Below are positions 24,726 through 38,019 of a DNA stretch of 64,000 nt, piece after piece. The position numbers and the translations under genes were made by a program. Source of the DNA: Vicugna vicugna (lineage: Eukaryota); NCBI GenBank assembly GCA_013265495.1, contig MU057801.1, positions 1,047,879 to 1,111,878 of the forward strand, written 5' to 3'. The notes under the pieces were generated by a model that made no database searches, had not been told where the DNA came from, and worked only from the letters and a program-made list of their open reading frames with translations. The first letter of the stretch is position 1. Each line of letters opens with the position of its first letter.

Positions 24726-25104
24726 TTTCGCCCTCTTTGTAGGATTAGAACATCTTAATTATAGAATGTTGAGGTCTTTTAAAATGGGCTAAAAGCTTCG
24801 AAGCTCAATGGATTTTTTTGGATTTTATTTCTTATTTGGGGGCCTATAATTATTTTCAGGACTTTATAAGGATAGTGATGTCATGTAGTTTTGAAAGTAC
24901 AGTTTTGTGGCTGTATTGCTACTAGTTGGATTGATAAAGAGGCTGAATAAACTCACTTCATGAATGTCAGCAGGAGTATCTTCACAGAGGTGAAGACTGT
25001 GCCCTTCTCTCCCTCCTCCTGCCCCCCACCCCCCGACTTAGCAGCGTTGGTGGAAGGGCCTCAGCTGGTTCTTAGAGCAGTTTTGCTGGGATGCCCTTTG
25101 CTCT

Positions 25105-25460
25105 AATCTCAGGTTGGCGCTCTCCAGAGCTGACCCTGAGACAAGGGTTCCGATGTGAGGGGCCTGTTTGGGAAGGGCAGGGATGCTGGTCGGCAGGTGG
25201 GGAGCGGAGACGGAGGATGGGTGGCAGAACAGGAGTGTTAAGTCGACCACCATGATCGGCGCCTGGCAGGTGGTTCAGAGCACCTGGGACAGACGTACAG
25301 GGTGCCTGAGCATCCCTGACTGAGGATGGGGGGGGGAGCTGACTGACCACATGCTCCTACAGGCAGGGTGGCCTCCTAGCTCCTGAGGAGCCGTGAGCAC
25401 AGAGATAAGGGCGCTGGGCCGTGGGTCCTGTGTGGAGGGTCGCCAGCGGCTGCTTAGCCT
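25105..25460 (-). mobile_element. Degenerate ERVL LTR (LTR16/LTR33-like)
   Basis: ctctccagagctgaccctgagacaagggttc...tttgggaag resembles the element at 1225-1600. Confidence 0.45.
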
Positions 25461-26225
25461 TCCATGTTATGTGCCAGTGTGAGGCTGGCATGCTGGGCAC
25501 TCAGGCAGGGTCCCCAGGTCGGGAGGGTCATTGTCTGGTTACGCTTCTCCTATGCCTGAAATCCTCGAGTGCCTGGTCTTTTCGGGACAGAGCCCAGATG
25601 CTGGCCTCTGCCCGCACACCACCCCACGGCTTCAAAAACTTCTGACCATGCACACCAGCACACACATGCGGTCCTTCTGTCTCGCTCACACAGACTCGCA
25701 GCTGTTCCTGCTTCCTCTCCCCAGCCTGTCCCCGTCCACCTTCGCCCACCACCCCCATCCCTCCCTCCTGTCTCTGCTTGCTCCCCGATTCCTGTCTCCC
25801 TCCCCATCTCCCCACCTGTCTCCTCCACATCCCCATCTCTTCCCCTCTCTCCCTCCCCCACGTTCAGTGCACACTCTCGCTCTCTTTGACACACTTGCTG
25901 AATGATTTGGATTCCCTTGAAAGCACCGCATTATCTCCTCCCTCCTTCAGCTAGAAGGCCTCTGTCCCTGCCTCCTGCCTGGCGTCTGTGTCATAGTGAG
26001 CTTGCTAGGCACTTCCCTCGGTGCCGTCCTCGTTTCCGTGTCTGTCTGCCCACCTCACGGCCAGCTCCGCATCTGCCGTCCCAGCACGCTCCGTGTCTGG
26101 CCCAGAGCGTGTCCTGGAGTGCGCACCCAGTAAGCACTCACTGAAGTTTTCCCCGTTTCTGTCCTCTCTTATGGACCATGGACAGCTGAGTGAGAACGGA
26201 GGTGATGCTGACTGTGCCCCATGGT

Positions 26226-26308
26226 GTTCCTCCAGAAGCATTTGTGTTTAATAGCAGAGGCGTTCTGTAGATAGAATGTCATTATTTAAAGATGTGGTTC
26301 TTACTGAA
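26226..26308 (+). repeat. 83-bp direct repeat, copy 2
   Basis: 79/83 identical to 24643-24725. Confidence 0.95.
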
Positions 26309-29300
26309 AATTCTGTCATCAGGTTCTATGTGCCTGTAGAGGGTAAAATTTGAGGAGAGCAAATGTTTTGAGCTCTTACTCACTTCCTCCTAATTGTTGT
26401 GACAGCCACTGTGGGCAGACATGACCTTCAGGCTCCTGGAGGACAAAGTCTGGAGCAGATCCCATTTTACCAACCAAATGTTTTGCCTGTTAATGTGTAC
26501 TGGTTGAATAAATAAATATCCCACCATATCTGCTGGTAAAAATTCAACATCTAAGAAGCCTGTATGCTGGAAAAAAATAGAAGAAAACACAAAGACTGTG
26601 AATTGTAGCTCCATGTCTCATATTCATCTGAGAATCAAACCAGACAATTTACATAACTCTGTGTAGCCTTTCTTCACCTGTAAATGAGGAGGCCAAGCCA
26701 GCTGATCTTAAAGCCCTGTGCAGCTCTGTAACAGAGAATTACTGTACAGTCCCAAAGACCAACAAAAACAGAAAGCATATGAAAAAAAGGTAATGGTGGT
26801 GCTTTCAGGCAGGTGGTAATGTGACAAAGGGAAATTGAAGAAATGTAAATAAGAATAAAGGAGAACAGAAGGAACACATTGGAAAACGGGATGAGTCGTG
26901 AGTGTGGAGCTATCCCAGACATAAAAGATCTGCCAGAGCCTTCGCGTCCTCCTCCTATGACCCCAGATCACCGTCAACAGATTTCATGAATTGAGCTGAA
27001 ATGAATTGCCTGTACAGAGTAAGGATGTGAACAGGACAGGCCTCCTATATTTAGGGGCAGCAGCTAGCCCAGGGCCACGAAGCAGTACAGCACAGAGCCA
27101 CTTCTTCGTGGGCTGATTCAGTGCTCTTGGGTTTATTAAAACAGATTTTCCTAGGCGAGTTGCTGGATGCAAGGATTGTCCTTAGAGAGGCTCTGGGCCT
27201 GCAGATGCTTCTGGGGCCTGAGTAGTTTGGCCCCTGAAGCAGCCAAGCTGACCATGGGGAATCCAGGCCACATGATGAGGGAATAGGGCCCGAGTCTGCG
27301 CCCGGGAGAAAGGATACAGTGCAAGGCCTGATGTCTCGTGGAGGCAGAAGCAGCACATGGGACCTGATCAGAGAAGAAACAGGGAATAAAATGTGAAAGA
27401 CTAATGGCTGGAGAAATAGGTGCAGGTAGACACCTGCTCTCCTGCTTCATTAGGCATCTTTAGCTAGCAGGTCTTGGAGAGATTCAACTATGTAGTGTTT
27501 TCCACATAAACTCCCCCTGCCCCCCAAATCATAGCAGAACCCTTTGCTTAACTACAGGTAAAAGAGGAATTGGAACTGGGGAGCCCTGTGGCTTCTGCAG
27601 AGCACAGTTGAAAACCCCTGCTCTCCAGTGTTTAGGAGGTGGGTTGGATGGATAACAACCAAGTACTGCGTATAAAAATAAAAGGCAAAGAAGACGAAAC
27701 AGTGCAAATCCATGGGCCTCAATCATGCAGAGTTAGTTTGTATCAGTTACCAACTTACCACAGTAACTATTTCAATTTCAAAGACAACGTACAGTTTTTA
27801 TTTGCATTATTCATTTAGAGGAGTACTTACAATTCAGTAAATTTTTCAGATGCATGGAGAACACTCTACATTGGACTCTTGAAGACACTTCCTCACTGTT
27901 CTTTGTGAAGCCCTAATGCAGTCACCACTTTTTTGCTTCAGTGAAATGAATGGACTAATACTTATATTTCCATGAGAAAGTGCTCTGTCTTTAGGAGCTA
28001 TTACCAAATGATCCCAGAATGAGGAGATCAGGTGTGATGCCCAGTGCATGTTTACAGCTGATCTCAAAGAGCTTTTGTAGCCACAGGAACAAAGCATTTT
28101 TGCTTAAGTTTATTATGTAATAAATCTGTTTGTTTTGTTTATTTTGTAATCTGCCCCTGTCTCTTTTTAAAGATACTTTCTCTTGGAATTTGTAGAGTAT
28201 GCCTGTTTAAAGCTCTTGGGTTAAAAATTAAATCTCTCTTGAGTTCAGAGGAGTAGGTATAGAACAGAGAGATATAAATTGTAGTTTCTTAATTGCCTTA
28301 TTTCTTTATCTTTTCTTGGCTTATTTCATCTTTTGTACTGGCCTTATGAAACTTATTTAATTAGGTATCTGTTTATATCAGTGCTGCTATCTGTTGTGTT
28401 AATAGCATTCTAATAGAGAAAAAAGAAATCCCTGCTTAACTGTAATTAAAAATGGGGCAGCTGTAATACCTTTTAAGATATTTTGAGGGAGGCAAGTCAA
28501 TTTTGGTTATTATTGTCTGTTCATTTTTTGTATGCCAAAACAAAGGCTCAGAAAACAAATTGCTAAAAAAACAATTTTCTAATTTGATTATCTCAGAGGA
28601 GTGTTTCTAATTGCAATGCATCACTGCCTAATTTAGAAAATGTTCTGATACTTATCTGTGATGGACCACAATCAGGGACTTTTTAAGGCTTTAATTACCA
28701 ACATATGAATCAAAGTGCTTTTTATGCCTTTTAAGAAAAAGTCATTCTATGATGGAATCACTTTCATCAATTCTAGTGTGATAATGATGCAGACATCTTT
28801 ATGTCCTTATTAGCACCAGAGCAAACTTGATTCCTATGGTGCTGATCACTGATGTCTACAGTGTGTTTGTATTCATGGAAAACAGAATTTATTTTAAGTT
28901 GATGATCTAGCGGATAATATACTCTGTTGCTGTGACTAATAGGACCATAATATTATGTAGAAATCATACAGATAAGAATTCAGTAGGATTGCTTTCTTTT
29001 CCTTTTTTAAGGACAAAACTTTTCCGAGAAAACACTGTGTAATGTGTTACTTTCATAATAAAGTAACTGGATTTTCATGGTAGCTTAATATATCAAGGTT
29101 TTATTTCCTAAATTGATAAAAGACTAAGTAAAAAATCCATCAAGTTTTATTTAAAACATGTAACGTCTTACAGAATTCATAATGTGGTGTTTGTGAAACC
29201 GTTCTCTAAGGTAAGTTGAATTTTCTCAGTAGTATTAGCCTTTACTTTCTGCTTCGTTCCTAGTATGTGGTAAAGACTGAAAACATAGACAGGTGCTAGT

Positions 29301-29343
29301 TGTAATAATACCCTTCACAAGATCAAACTCTGCTTGTCTCTAG

Positions 29344-29436
29344 ATTGAGTATGAGGCTCAAATTAAGAAGATGCAGCTACTCTCAAAAGATAGCCTGGGG
29401 GGAAAACATGAACTGAAAGATGAAGACAGAGAAAAG
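29344..29436 (+). CDS. KIZ: KIZ exon 4 (IEYEAQIKKMQLLSKDSLGGKHELKDEDREK)
   Basis: tctctag| acceptor, |gtaata donor, 93 nt, phase 0-0. Confidence 0.93.
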
Positions 29437-32400
29437 GTAATAAATTAAATGATAAACTTTCTGTTAACAGAGGATTTTTGGAGGGTTCATGTGTTAAGAT
29501 ATTGTTTTAAGTAAAATCATTTTATTACAAAGATCTTTTTGATTAAACCTTAATTGATTATTTAAAGACATTTGTTTATAGAGTATTGTTTTAATATCTT
29601 GTTCAATTAAATTTGCTGTAAGGCAGTCACTGTGGGTGTAAGATAGATTCCAAAGAAAATCTCAGTGTTGTTGTAGGTGAAATTGTGTTTTCTAAAGTAA
29701 TTCTTTGTAGCTCTTTTTTTCTTTGGTCCAGAATGTTTTAAGCGAGAAGTAAACAAAATGTGGCATTTTGCTTCTTTTCTTCGTATACATAATTTCATAC
29801 ATTTTAACCTTCTCATAGATAAAGTGGAAAGAGAGGACTGCATATCCAAGCAACAGACAAAAAGAATGGCAAGAAATACTTAAATAAATTCCGCTGTGTC
29901 TGCTGTAATGCCAGCTTCTAATCCTTCCGCCCATCTCCATATAAATGATTCTGTTCAAGACCATAGATGTTTTCTTCACTAAAAGCAGTAAAGCTCTTTT
30001 AGATGAAATGTCTGAAAACATCTTGTAATAACTTGGAGCATGCTGGCAAGAGTAGTCACTTGTGACTGTGTGAAACCCCCTCAGCCAGGCGATACTGTAA
30101 TAAGCAAAAATGGCAGCGTCACTCCATTATTCCGAGGAGCCCGCGCGCGCTGTCCCTTAGGCTGCAGCATTCATTAAGAAAAGCTTGCTGGGCCGAAAGC
30201 TGGGGACAGATGATAACGGGATATGATTTTCATATTTAATGCTTTCCTTGGAAGAGAATGTGTGCGACAGATTGATAGAAGAATCAGCGGCTACTTTACT
30301 GAGAGACTTTCAGGTCCGCCCTGCAGCTACCGATGGAATCATTCAGCCAAGAAATTAACTTTTTCTCCTTTTACCTGCTTTATGTATCTGCTAAGCAGGC
30401 TGCCTGGCTGCCAGTGAATGTTATTATGCAGTTAACTGTTTGGTATTTAAGACTCTTATCAGAAAAGAAACAGAGGCCACACGATTTTGTTTTTATAGTA
30501 GGAGTAAGGTTTTAGTTTTTCTTTTTTCTGTGCATTAGCAGGCATTAATCTGAGTGTATAGGAAGTTTTAGTTTTTCTTCCCAAAGATTAGAAAGTTAAA
30601 AAACCTAGAATTTAGAGCATTCTTTAAACTGTAAGATACAAAACCGCAAGCTCCAGCAGCTTTGACCCATATAAAAAGGCCTTAAATGATAAATGATTTC
30701 TGTGCCATTAAATGTACACCAAATGTGGTAGTTGTGATAGACTTCTGAACCATTCAGGCAGCCTTTCTGTTTGACATTTGGTCATGAAATAATTGGCATG
30801 TTTTTTCATCTATAAACCAATTTGTTCTTTCTGTGCCTTTCCTGATAGACACAATGTTAGTGTGGTGGTGTCAATGGTACTTAAGTAAAACGGAAGACTT
30901 TTTTTCCTATTTGCACTACTGATTCCTTAACCTTACATATACTTATATAGTCTCCTTTTAAGTCATATTTAAAATTAGGGCAAGAGACATGCAGCCAACA
31001 ATTCCTTAAAATATTGCATAGAATAATTAGAAAAGTGTTTTTAAAATTGTCATCTCCTTGAAAGCTTTGACTGTCAGCTGTATGTAAGAATCAATTAGGT
31101 AATGTTTTGAGACATTTATATGCTGCCTTTTTCAATTTCCTACTGATGTTTCAGCACGTGAAAGGTGAAGACATTTCAGCACAATCCAGAATTAGCTAAT
31201 CCTTGTTATATACTGACCCAGAACAGCTCCGGATCACCTGAGTTCATTTTGTTGCTCAGTAGAACCCATGTTCCTCCTCCTTGTGCAGTCCTAAGGGTTA
31301 GTCTCTGTGCCCAGAGCACTGGGCTCCAGGGACTGGCCAGATGCTGGTGGTTGACTTAAGTAAATCGTTGCTGAGCACGTGCTCTGTTTGAGAAGCCACA
31401 GTGGGTCCCTCTCAGAATGATGCAGTGCCTGCCCTCAGGGTGCTCCCCACAAAGTCATGTTCTTTCTGTGGCACCAGATAGCACGTGCCAAGTGCCAGTT
31501 ACACGGGGCAGGCCACGTGAGCCACATGGAGAGAGAGTAATCCATGGCTTGGTGGGGCGGGTGGTGTGTGGGCTGGCGAGGACGGTGGGCAGGTGTCAGC
31601 CACTGGGGATGTGATAGACATTCTCGGGTCGGGAGAAGTTGTGAGCAAGGATGTAGAAGCAGGAAGCCCAGTGGGTGGTTGTGGGTCTGGCTGAAGGCTT
31701 ACGTTCTTGTCGGGAAGTGGGAGAAGTTGAGCTTGGAAAGGTGCATCATGGAACTTAGTCCCAGGCTCGAGGACTTGAGGTCGTCTCCTGGAGTCAGTGT
31801 GCACGCGTAGAGGCAGGTGGAGGAAGGACTTGTGCCTGGGGCAGTTGCGTCTGCAGCCGGGCTGTGCGGGATGAGCTGCAGAAAGGGGCTAGTGAGGCGG
31901 AGGAAACCAGGACATCTCACATGTGTTCAGATGTGAGGGCTGAACTGAGGGCCTGACTTGGGGTGGAAAAAGCTAATTGGGTGGAAAACGCTAATGAAGG
32001 GGACAGGAGCTATCAAGTTAATGATAATTCTGAATTATGGAACAATATGTCTTTAGAAAGTGGTTGTGCAACTTTTCAACCAAAAGAAGTAACCTGGGTG
32101 CTCTACTCAGAAGAGCCGTCAGGTCAGGTCATAGTTGCCTTGTTTTCAGTGTGAAAGTCTAGCTTGGTTCACAGTGTGTCATCCAATGTTTCCTGCACCC
32201 AGTGGCTGCTCCAGAGAGTCCTGTGGGGCGTCATCATTGGCCTGCTGGCCCCCAGGCTTGTTTCCAGGTGAGTGTACTTAGTAGCCTTCGCTGGTGATGG
32301 TTAACAGACAGCAAGAAGACAAAGTGCAGGCCCCGTCTGGATCCTCACAGGTTTTACTGCAATACGGTAGTCCTTCTCCTCTGTTACACATTATCTTTTT

Positions 32401-33837
32401 CTCTTTTGGCGTGAACTCTAATTCCGTTGGTCTCTAGGCATGCTCTTCTTGTTGCTCAGTTTTCGATATCAGCAGTGACTAGAGCATATACACAGCACAT
32501 GAACACATAAATTGTACCGAGAGAGACGAGATGGCATTTGTGAGTGAGAGCCTGGATTTGGGGGTGGGGGTTGTGAAGTTTCTTTGAACTGTTATACTGT
32601 GAAACATATTCTACTAAAAGCAGAAGTGGACTGGATGCTTCACAGAAAGATTCTGTTCTCCCAGGGCTGGAGAACGTGAAGGACCAGAGGGGAGCATCAC
32701 AGGGCTGAAGGCTGTTTGGGGTGCTCTGCTCCCACGGTTGGAAGCTTTCCTGCAGGGACCATGTGGCAGTGGTTATGCAGGGGGTTCCTCCTGCTTCTAA
32801 TTCTGGTAGCATTAGATAGTTGATTAACTTGCCCAGGACTGTGCTGCTAGGCAGAGCCCACACTCTGACCCAGACCACGCTGGCTTCAGCATCCGTGTTT
32901 CAGCCACCCTGCTGTACTGCCTTCTAAGGTGGTGTTGGCCAAATGCTCCTCAAAAGTTGGGAGAAATTCCTGGTGGAATAAAACCAGCCTAGCTGTATCG
33001 TGTGAAGTATTTGAGTTACTCATTTAGATGGTGCGTTTTCGCCTAACCTTGGGAGAGAGTGAGTGGTAATATTCCAGCTGACCCCGGTGCTGCCCGAGTT
33101 TGTACTGGTTGAATTTACTAAGAAGTCAGACATCCACCTGAGATTCATTATTAGGAATTTTTATGGTTTTTCTTTCAGAAAAGTTGTCGTTTAGTAACGC
33201 AACTTGAGTTTAACTTTCTCAGTTTTGAGTATTGTGGCACAGGCGATGGGCACTGGGGTCCTTGTGTTTGGGTTTGACTCCAGTGACCAAGAGCACATTG
33301 TTCAACCTGGCTGAACCTTGCCAGAGCGACAGTGATACCATGGTGGTTGTGAGGGCTAGAGAAGTTAATGCATAAAAGTCGGCTGGACACCTGGTGCAGG
33401 ACAAGTGTTCACTGACCCTGTGGCCACCCTCCCCGCCGTCACTGTCCTCATCGTCTCCTTCTCCACTAGGTGACCATACAAGGGTGTGCCGGCTTTTCAG
33501 CATGTACCTTCAATAGTGGAGAGGCCTGCAGGGGGACTGGGCGGAGGGTGGGGAGGGGAGGTGCCTCTGAATTAGCGAACGGGAGGTAAAGCTACCTGGT
33601 GGTAACAACTGGTCGTAGGTGATTTTAGGTGATTACAATACAAAATAACTTACAGAACATACCTTTGAAGCCTAAATTTAATAGATCCATTTTAAAATTT
33701 TGGTAGTTCCATCCTCTGTTAGCTTGAATGGCCAGTAACCTCTCCTTGTGTGCTCGCTCGGTTGTCAACATTCAGTTGCATCTATAAGCTCTCCCAGTGG
33801 CAGAATGAAAGAAGAGTTAAAAACCACATTGTCGTGA

Positions 33838-34218
33838 TGCCCTCGTCAGCCTGGGCTGCCACGACACAGTGGCACGGACTGGGTAGCTTAAACAGAAATT
33901 CATGTTCTCACAGCTCCGGAGGCTGAGTGTCTGGAAGCAAGGTCAGGGTGCCAGCTGGGGTGGCTTCTGGTGAGAGCTCTCTCTTTGGGCTGCAGATGGC
34001 TGTTCTCTCTGTGTCCTCAGGTGGCTTCTCTGTGCACGTGTGTGGAGAGCGATCTCTGGTGTCTCTGCCCCTTCTAAGGACATCAGTCCTGTTGGATTAA
34101 AGCTCTGTCCTTGTGACCTCACTTAACCTTAATTACCTCCTTAGAAGTCCGTCTCCAAATACAGTCACATTGGAGATTACGGCTTCAAGATGGGGGGGCG
34201 CACAATTCAGTTTATAAC
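33838..34218 (-). mobile_element. MLT1B-like MaLR LTR
   Basis: gactgggtagcttaaacagaaatt..ttctcacagctccggaggctg...aaccttaattacctc...tctccaaatacagtcacatt...cacaattcagtttataaca. Confidence 0.8.
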
Positions 34219-34719
34219 ACACAATAAAGTAAATAATTCCTTCAGCATCTTATATGTAAATTTTTATTAAGGAATTTCTGGCAATCTCAGTATGACTTAA
34301 GGACTTGCTTACGTAGAAACTAAGAACAGTAATTATATTGTGTGAAAAGCTGGAAATTAGGCCTGATAGCTCCATTTTGCATTCTGCATTCACCTTAGTA
34401 CTTACCAGTTCCCTTGTCTGTGGGTAAAAAAATTAATATGTTAAAAATAAAGATTACCTTAGCATTCTGCAAAACATGAAATATAATACAAATGTATTTT
34501 TCACAGTACAATAATAGTCAAGAGTCACCTGCTCTGAAAGCTGTCATTGATTTCCAATCACATCGTTAGAATAGTTCTAAACTTGCTGATACCTCCATAA
34601 TAGGTCCTCTCCCCTTCCCCCAGTAAAGATGAACTCCTGATTTTAAAAGTTACTTTCTGTTCACTAATAAGCATTTTCAAGTGTATTCATTTGCTTTGCT
34701 GTCACTTTCCCCGGCTCCC

Positions 34720-37480
34720 AATATATAGTCAATTTATTTAACCTAAAGAAAAATTATCCATTTCTTTCATCCTCTACCTCCCACCTCTGACAGCCATCAG
34801 TCTGTTCTCTGTATCTGTGGGCTTGGTTTGTATTTGTTTTAGATTCCACATGTAAGAGAGATCATACAGTACATTTCTTTCTTTGACTTATTTCACTTAG
34901 CATAATGCCTCAAAATCCATCCATGTTGTTGAAGATGGCAGGATTTCCTTTTTTATAGCTGAATAATATGCCATTGTGTATTTTTACGACAACTTCTCTA
35001 TCTACTCACCATCAGTTATACTTAGGTTGCTTCTATGTCTTGGCTATTGTAAATAATGCTGCCATGAACCTGTGGTGCATATATCTTTTCAAGTTAGTGT
35101 TTTTGTTTCATTCAGTTAAATACCCAGAAGTGGAATTGCTGGAACATATAGTGGTTATGTTTTAAATTTTTTGAGGAACCTCCATACTGTTTCCACAGTG
35201 CACCAGTTTACATTCCCACCAAACAGTGCACAGTTTCCCTTTTCTCTACATCCTTACCAACACTTTTCTTTTCTTTTCTTTTCTTTTCTTTTCTTTTCTT
35301 TTCTTTTCTTTTCTTTTCTTTTGTTTCATAATAGCAGTTCTGACATGTGTGAGGTGATACCTGTCTGTCGTTTTGACTTGCATTTCCCTAATAATTAGTG
35401 ATATTGAGTGTGTGTTCTTGTACTTCTTGGTCATCTCTGTGTCTTCTTTGGAAAAATGTCTATTCAAATTTTTCTGCCCATTTTTTAATCAGATAATTTT
35501 TTGCTCTTGAGTTATGAGTTCTTTATACATTTTTGGATATTGCCCCCTGACAGATAAATGATTTGCAAATATTTTCTCCCATTCGGTAGGTTGCCTTTTC
35601 ATTTTGTGGATGGTTTCCTTTGCTGTGCAGAAGCTTTTTAGTTTGATGTTGTCTCACATGTTTATTTTTGCTTTTGTTGCTCTTCCTTTTGGTGTCAGAT
35701 TAAAAAATTCATTATCAAGACTTATGTCAAAAAGCTTATCACCTGTATTTTCTTTTAGGAGTTTTATGGTTCAGGTCTTACATTCAAGTCTTACATTCAT
35801 TTGGAGTTAGTTTTTGTACATAGTATAAGGTGGTGGTCTAGTTTTTCTTTTGCAGGTGTCTATCTAGTTTTCCCAACACCACTTAGTAAAGAGACTGTCC
35901 TTTGCCCATTGTATGTTTTTGTCTCCTTTATTGTAAATTAATTGACCATGTATATGTGGGTTTATTTCTGGGGTCTGTATTCTGTTCCATTGATCTTCGT
36001 GTCTGTTTTTATTCCAATACTATGCTGTTTTAATTACTATAGCTTTGTAATATATTTTGGAATCAAAGAACTTATATATCAAAGAGCATGATGCCACCAG
36101 CTTTGCTTTTTTTTTCTCAAGATTGCTTTGGTTATTTGGGTCTTTTGTGGTTCCATACAAATTTTAAGATGATTCTGTTTCTGTGAAAAATGCCATTGGA
36201 ATTTTGATAAGATTACATTGAATCTGTAGATTGCTTTGGATAGTATGGACATTTTAATACTGATTCTTTCGATCCATGAGTACAGAATATCTTCCATTTA
36301 TTTATGTCTTCTTCAGTTTTTTCATTGGCATCTTATGGTTCTCAATTTATAGTCTTTTACTTCCTTGGTTAAATGTATTTCTAGGTTTTTTTTTTAATGC
36401 AATTGTGAATGGGATTGTTTTTTTAAACTTTTCTGATAATTCCATTATTAATGTATAGACGCTCAACAGATTTTTGCATACTGATTTTTGTATTCTGCAA
36501 CTTTACTGAATTGGTTTATTCTACCAGTTTTCTGATAGAATCTTTAAGGGTTTTCTATATATAATACATATCATCTGCAAATAGGGACAGTTTTACTTGT
36601 TCCTTTACAGTGTAATTGCCTTTTATTTCTTTTTCTTGCCTAATTGCTCTGGCTAGGACTTCTGATACTATGTTGAATAAAAATGGCAAAAGTTAGTATC
36701 CTTGTCTCCTTCCTGATCTGTGAGGAAATGCTCTCAGCTTTTCACCATTGAGTATGATGTTAGCTGTGGGCTTGTCATATATGGCCTTTATTATGTTGAA
36801 ATATGTTCTCTCTGTACCTGCTTTGTTGATAGTTTTTTTTTTTTATCATAAATGGATGTTGAATTTTGTCAAATGCTTTTTCTGCAGCTATTGAGATGAT
36901 AATAGAACTTTTATCCTTCATTTTCTTGGTGTGGTATATCACATTTACTGATTTGCAGATAATTGAACCATCCTTGTATTCCTGGAATAAGTTCCACTTG
37001 GTCATGGTGTATAATTCTTTTAATGTATTGTTGAATTCTGCTTAGTAATATTTTGCTGAGGATTTTTTCATCTGTGTTGATCAGGGACATTGGCCTGTAG
37101 TTTTCTTTTCTTGTGGCAGCCTTGTCTGGTTTTGGTATAGGGTAATACTGACCTCATAAAATGAGTCTGGAAGAGTTCCTTTCTCTTCTGTTTTTTGGAA
37201 GAGTTTGAGAAGGATTGGTATGTATTCTCTGAATGTTTGGTAGCATTCACTAGTGAAGCTCTCTAGTCCTAGATTTTTGTTTGTTGGGAGGTTTCTAATT
37301 ACTGATTCTGTGTCATTACTAGTCATTGATCTGTTCAGATTCTGTTTCATCCTGATTCAGTCTTGATAGGTTGTATGTTTGTAGGAATTTATCCACTTCT
37401 AGGTTGTCCAGTTTGTTGGCATATAGTTATTTATGGTAGTCTTATGATCCTTTATATTTCTGTGGTGTCAGTTGTAACAT
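34720..37480 (-). mobile_element. L1 (3' UTR + decayed ORF2 RT region)
   Basis: Minus ORF fragments: [49 protein letters not shown]. Confidence 0.92.
35263..35322. repeat. (CTTTT)n pentanucleotide microsatellite
   Basis: About 12 units inside the L1. Confidence 0.95.
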
Positions 37481-38019
37481 CTTTCCAGTATTTTTTAAGA
37501 GACTACAGATGGATAACTGTGACAGGAAAAGGAAGAACTGAACTAAAATCTTGGATTATAGATTTACCTCAAGCACTCAACTACAGAAAGTAATAGGAAG
37601 ACCTAGAAAAGGTGATCATTATGTCAGATCCTTAAACACTGTCACATGCTCCTTCCTTTGGCCATAACGTTTGTCTCTCAAAAAACTTTTCAGTTACTAA
37701 TATTATTCCACTGTCAACAATAATGTGAAAACTGCTTTGAGAAGACACATAATAAAGCAAGACCACCCCGTTTCCTATTGCAAAGCAAACAAAATGACAG
37801 ACTATCTTGAAAAAAGAAAAGAAACACCTGTCTTGATGCCTGATCTCAGCAGGTGGGAAGGCTGCCCACCTGTGGAAGCCCTGCTGGTATTTTACTGGAG
37901 CCAGTATTTTACTTTGCAAGTGTTGAGCCACTTCACATGTAGCATTGCCTTGTAGTGCACGGCAGTTAATTTTTGCAAGTTTCTTGTACTTTTTTTTTTT
38001 TTGGTTTTGAAAGTTTAAA

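Noticed and set aside
24643..26308. LTR retroelement bounded by the 83-bp repeats
   Set aside because: No TG...CA termini, PBS/PPT or outer TSD seen; the interior is a mosaic of older repeats.
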